This document shows, piece after piece, positions 62,327-64,000 of a stretch of 64,000 nucleotides of DNA (position 1 is its first letter; the number at the start of each line of letters is the position of its first letter). The stretch is from an uncultured Algoriphagus sp. Lineage in GTDB: Bacteria > Bacteroidota > Bacteroidia > Cytophagales > Cyclobacteriaceae. The stretch lies in contig CAJBER010000226.1 in assembly GCA_903952135.1 (NCBI GenBank), positions 11,804-75,803 of the forward strand. Direction: 5' to 3'. The notes beneath the pieces were generated by a model. It was not told the origin of the DNA, ran no database searches, and saw nothing but the letters and a program-made list of their open reading frames with translations. Position numbers and translations under genes: made by a program.

Positions 62327-62358
62327 AAAAAAACCATGAAATAAAATTTCATGGTTTT
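62327..62358 (-). terminator. Intrinsic terminator downstream of tRNA-like RNA 2
   Basis: Minus strand AAAACCATGAAAT-ttt-ATTTCATGGTTTT followed by TTT. Confidence 0.75.
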
Positions 62359-62389
62359 AGTCAATTAACAATAAACCCAAAATAACCTG

Positions 62390-62501
62390 TTGTAAGAGAA
62401 GGAGTCGAACCTTCAAGGTAACTAACAGCTAATCACTGTTTTTGTTTTCCTTTCCTTTATCATTTGGGCGAAACAGTACCCAATTTTATTTTTGCCTTAC
62501 A
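62390..62501 (-). ncRNA. tRNA-like RNA 2: D-armless, GUU-containing hairpin loop
   Basis: Acceptor UGUAAGG/UCUUACA; T-arm GAAGG-UUCGACU-CCUUC; hairpin UUGGGU-ACUGUUUC-GCCCAA; 11-nt A-rich linker in place of the D-arm; 112 nt. Confidence 0.7.
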
Positions 62502-62532
62502 CTATTGAGATGCTTGAAACATTTCAACAGGA

Positions 62533-62562
62533 CAAAGATACGCAATGAGCGCCTTTCATTGC
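62533..62562 (-). promoter_or_regulatory. -7 promoter element for RNA 2 with adjacent inverted repeat
   Basis: TATCTTTG at 62540-62533 and GCAATGA-N7-TCATTGC at 62542-62562. Confidence 0.6.
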
Positions 62563-62750
62563 ATATATTTCAACGTATCTTCTAAAAATTTACATTATTT
62601 TTAAGGAAATCGATTGAAATATATCAACCTGTAAATTTTTGCCTAGTTTGATTCCTAAAAATTGAGGAATTGGCATAAAAAATTGGCCTGTTTGTAAAAA
62701 AAGCAAGTTTTTGATCCCTCTCTTTTCTCTTTTTATCAAAAAAGCAAAAG

Positions 62751-63788
62751 TCAATCTACCTGCACATACTGCTCCCATTTCTCCAACACCGTAGCAAAAT
62801 CGGGTGGAATGGGGGCTTCAAAATAGAGGTTTGCATTCGTAATGGGGTGAATGAACCCTAGACTCTTCGCATGCAGGGCCTGTCTTGGCATCGCATCAAA
62901 GCAATTGCTGATAAAACTCTTGTACTTGGCAAATTGAGTGCCCTTGCGAATCTTATCCCCTCCGTACATCGCATCGTTGAATAAGGGGTGTCCCAAAAAT
63001 TTAAAATGTGCGCGGATTTGGTGTGTTCGGCCTGTTTCCAAGGTGCACTGAACGAGGGATACATAACGCAGACGCTTCAACACTTTCCAATGGGTGACCG
63101 CATGCTTGCCTTGGCTTCCATCCGGAAATACATCCATCACCTTGCGATCCTTGGCGCTGCGCCCCACATTCCCTACAATTGTGCCTTCATCCGCCTCTGG
63201 CTCTCCCCAAACTAAGGCGAGGTACGTGCGCTGGATGGTATGGTGAAAAAATTGAGCAGCCAATGGCGCCATCGTTTCTTCCGTTTTGGCAATCACCAAA
63301 AGACCGGAAGTATCCTTATCAATTCGGTGTACTAGGCCAGGTCTTCCCACATTTCCTTTCATCTCAGGCAAATTTTCAAAATGGTAAACCAATCCATTCA
63401 CCAAGGTGCCCGACCAATTGCCGTGTGCTGGGTGAACCACCATGCCGGGCGGCTTATTCACTACCAACAAGTCTTTGTCCTCATAGACAATGTCCAAGGG
63501 AATATTTTCTGAAATCACCTCAGTATCACGAGGCGGCTTCTCCAAAAGGACCCGAATATCATCTAGTGCTTTGATCCGGTAATTGGACTTGATGGCATGT
63601 CCGTTGACCTGTACGCCTCCCGAATCGATGGTTTGCTGCACCTTGTTGCGCGTGGAATTTGCAATCCGCTCCGTTAAAAATTTATCTATCCGAACGGGAG
63701 ATTGCCCCTTGTCCACCACGATTCGATGGTGTTCATACAAGGCTAACTCGTCTTCTTCAAAGTCTTCTTCCAGGTGGGGTTCGCTCAT
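62751..63788 (-). CDS. rluD: RluA-family pseudouridine synthase RluD
   Basis: S4 domain RIDKFL, VNKPPGMVVHP, GLVHRIDKDTSG, LETGRTHQIR and QALHA. Confidence 0.92.
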   Translation of the reverse strand: MSEPHLEEDFEEDELALYEHHRIVVDKGQSPVRIDKFLTERIANSTRNKVQQTIDSGGVQVNGHAIKSNYRIKALDDIRVLLEKPPRDTEVISENIPLDIVYEDKDLLVVNKPPGMVVHPAHGNWSGTLVNGLVYHFENLPEMKGNVGRPGLVHRIDKDTSGLLVIAKTEETMAPLAAQFFHHTIQRTYLALVWGEPEADEGTIVGNVGRSAKDRKVMDVFPDGSQGKHAVTHWKVLKRLRYVSLVQCTLETGRTHQIRAHFKFLGHPLFNDAMYGGDKIRKGTQFAKYKSFISNCFDAMPRQALHAKSLGFIHPITNANLYFEAPIPPDFATVLEKWEQYVQVD

Positions 63789-63835
63789 GACACAAAAATA
63801 GGAGGATGTCCCGTAACTTTGTCAAAATAGTTTTG

Positions 63836-64000
63836 ATGCTTCTCCCCCAGTCCATCCCCTGCGACCTGCTCTCACACCCACTGCTTGACCAAAAGCAGGT
63901 AGACCTTCAGGTCCTACGCTTGGATCAAGTGCATCCGGAAGTCTCTGGGAATAAATTCTACAAACTCCAGTACAACTTACAGCAAGCCCTCAGCCAAAAC
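63836..64000 (+). CDS. ACC deaminase / D-cysteine desulfhydrase family PLP enzyme (truncated by window edge)
   Basis: Manual translation MLLPQSIPC...VLRLDQVHPEVSGNKFYKLQYNL contains the SGNK PLP-lysine motif; promoter TAACTTTG at 63814-63821. Confidence 0.85.
   Translation, partial: MLLPQSIPCDLLSHPLLDQKQVDLQVLRLDQVHPEVSGNKFYKLQYNLQQALSQN

Noticed and set aside
62390-62415. att-site duplication of a tRNA 3' end from an integrated element
   Set aside because: No integrase or cargo between the copies, the 3' ends differ at several positions, and RNA 2 has its own compensating 5' strand, promoter and terminator.
61930-62501. Canonical or two-piece tmRNA (ssrA), or tRNA-Sec
   Set aside because: No GGGG 5' end, no G3:U70, no ALAA-type tag and no UCA anticodon; each RNA closes its own acceptor stem.
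62590-62778. 62-aa ORF downstream of rluD
   Set aside because: It overlaps the rluD end, runs through AT-rich intergenic DNA and has no recognisable motif.
1-64000. CRISPR arrays, IS elements, prophage or defence genes
   Set aside because: No regularly spaced repeats and no transposase, integrase or phage-like ORFs were seen.

Overview
Core-genome window from a Bacteroidota bacterium, most consistent with Cytophagales/Cyclobacteriaceae (inferred from gene content, TAnnTTTG promoters and T9SS genes). It holds about 57 mostly housekeeping CDSs: porP-hemD, hemW, a partner-switching module, PPIases, nusB-yajC-coaE, serS, nadK-uppS-bamA-skp, murQ, nqrF, accD, rimP-nusA-infB, mreBCD-mrdA-rodA, tdk-recO-rho and rluD. 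I saw no mobile element or CRISPR array. The most unusual signal is non-coding: two related tRNA-like genes on the minus strand at 61930-62067 and 62390-62501, each with its own promoter and terminator. One has an Asp (GUC) anticodon and a 69-nt variable region. The other lacks a D-arm and has an Asn-like (GUU) loop. In both, the anticodon loop can pair with an internal cognate codon, forming a pseudoknot. Second is a putative leader-controlled module (SPPP-ending protein, beta-barrel, vanadium-haloperoxidase/PAP2 lipoprotein) at 38655-41814. All structures were folded by eye and no database searches were run.
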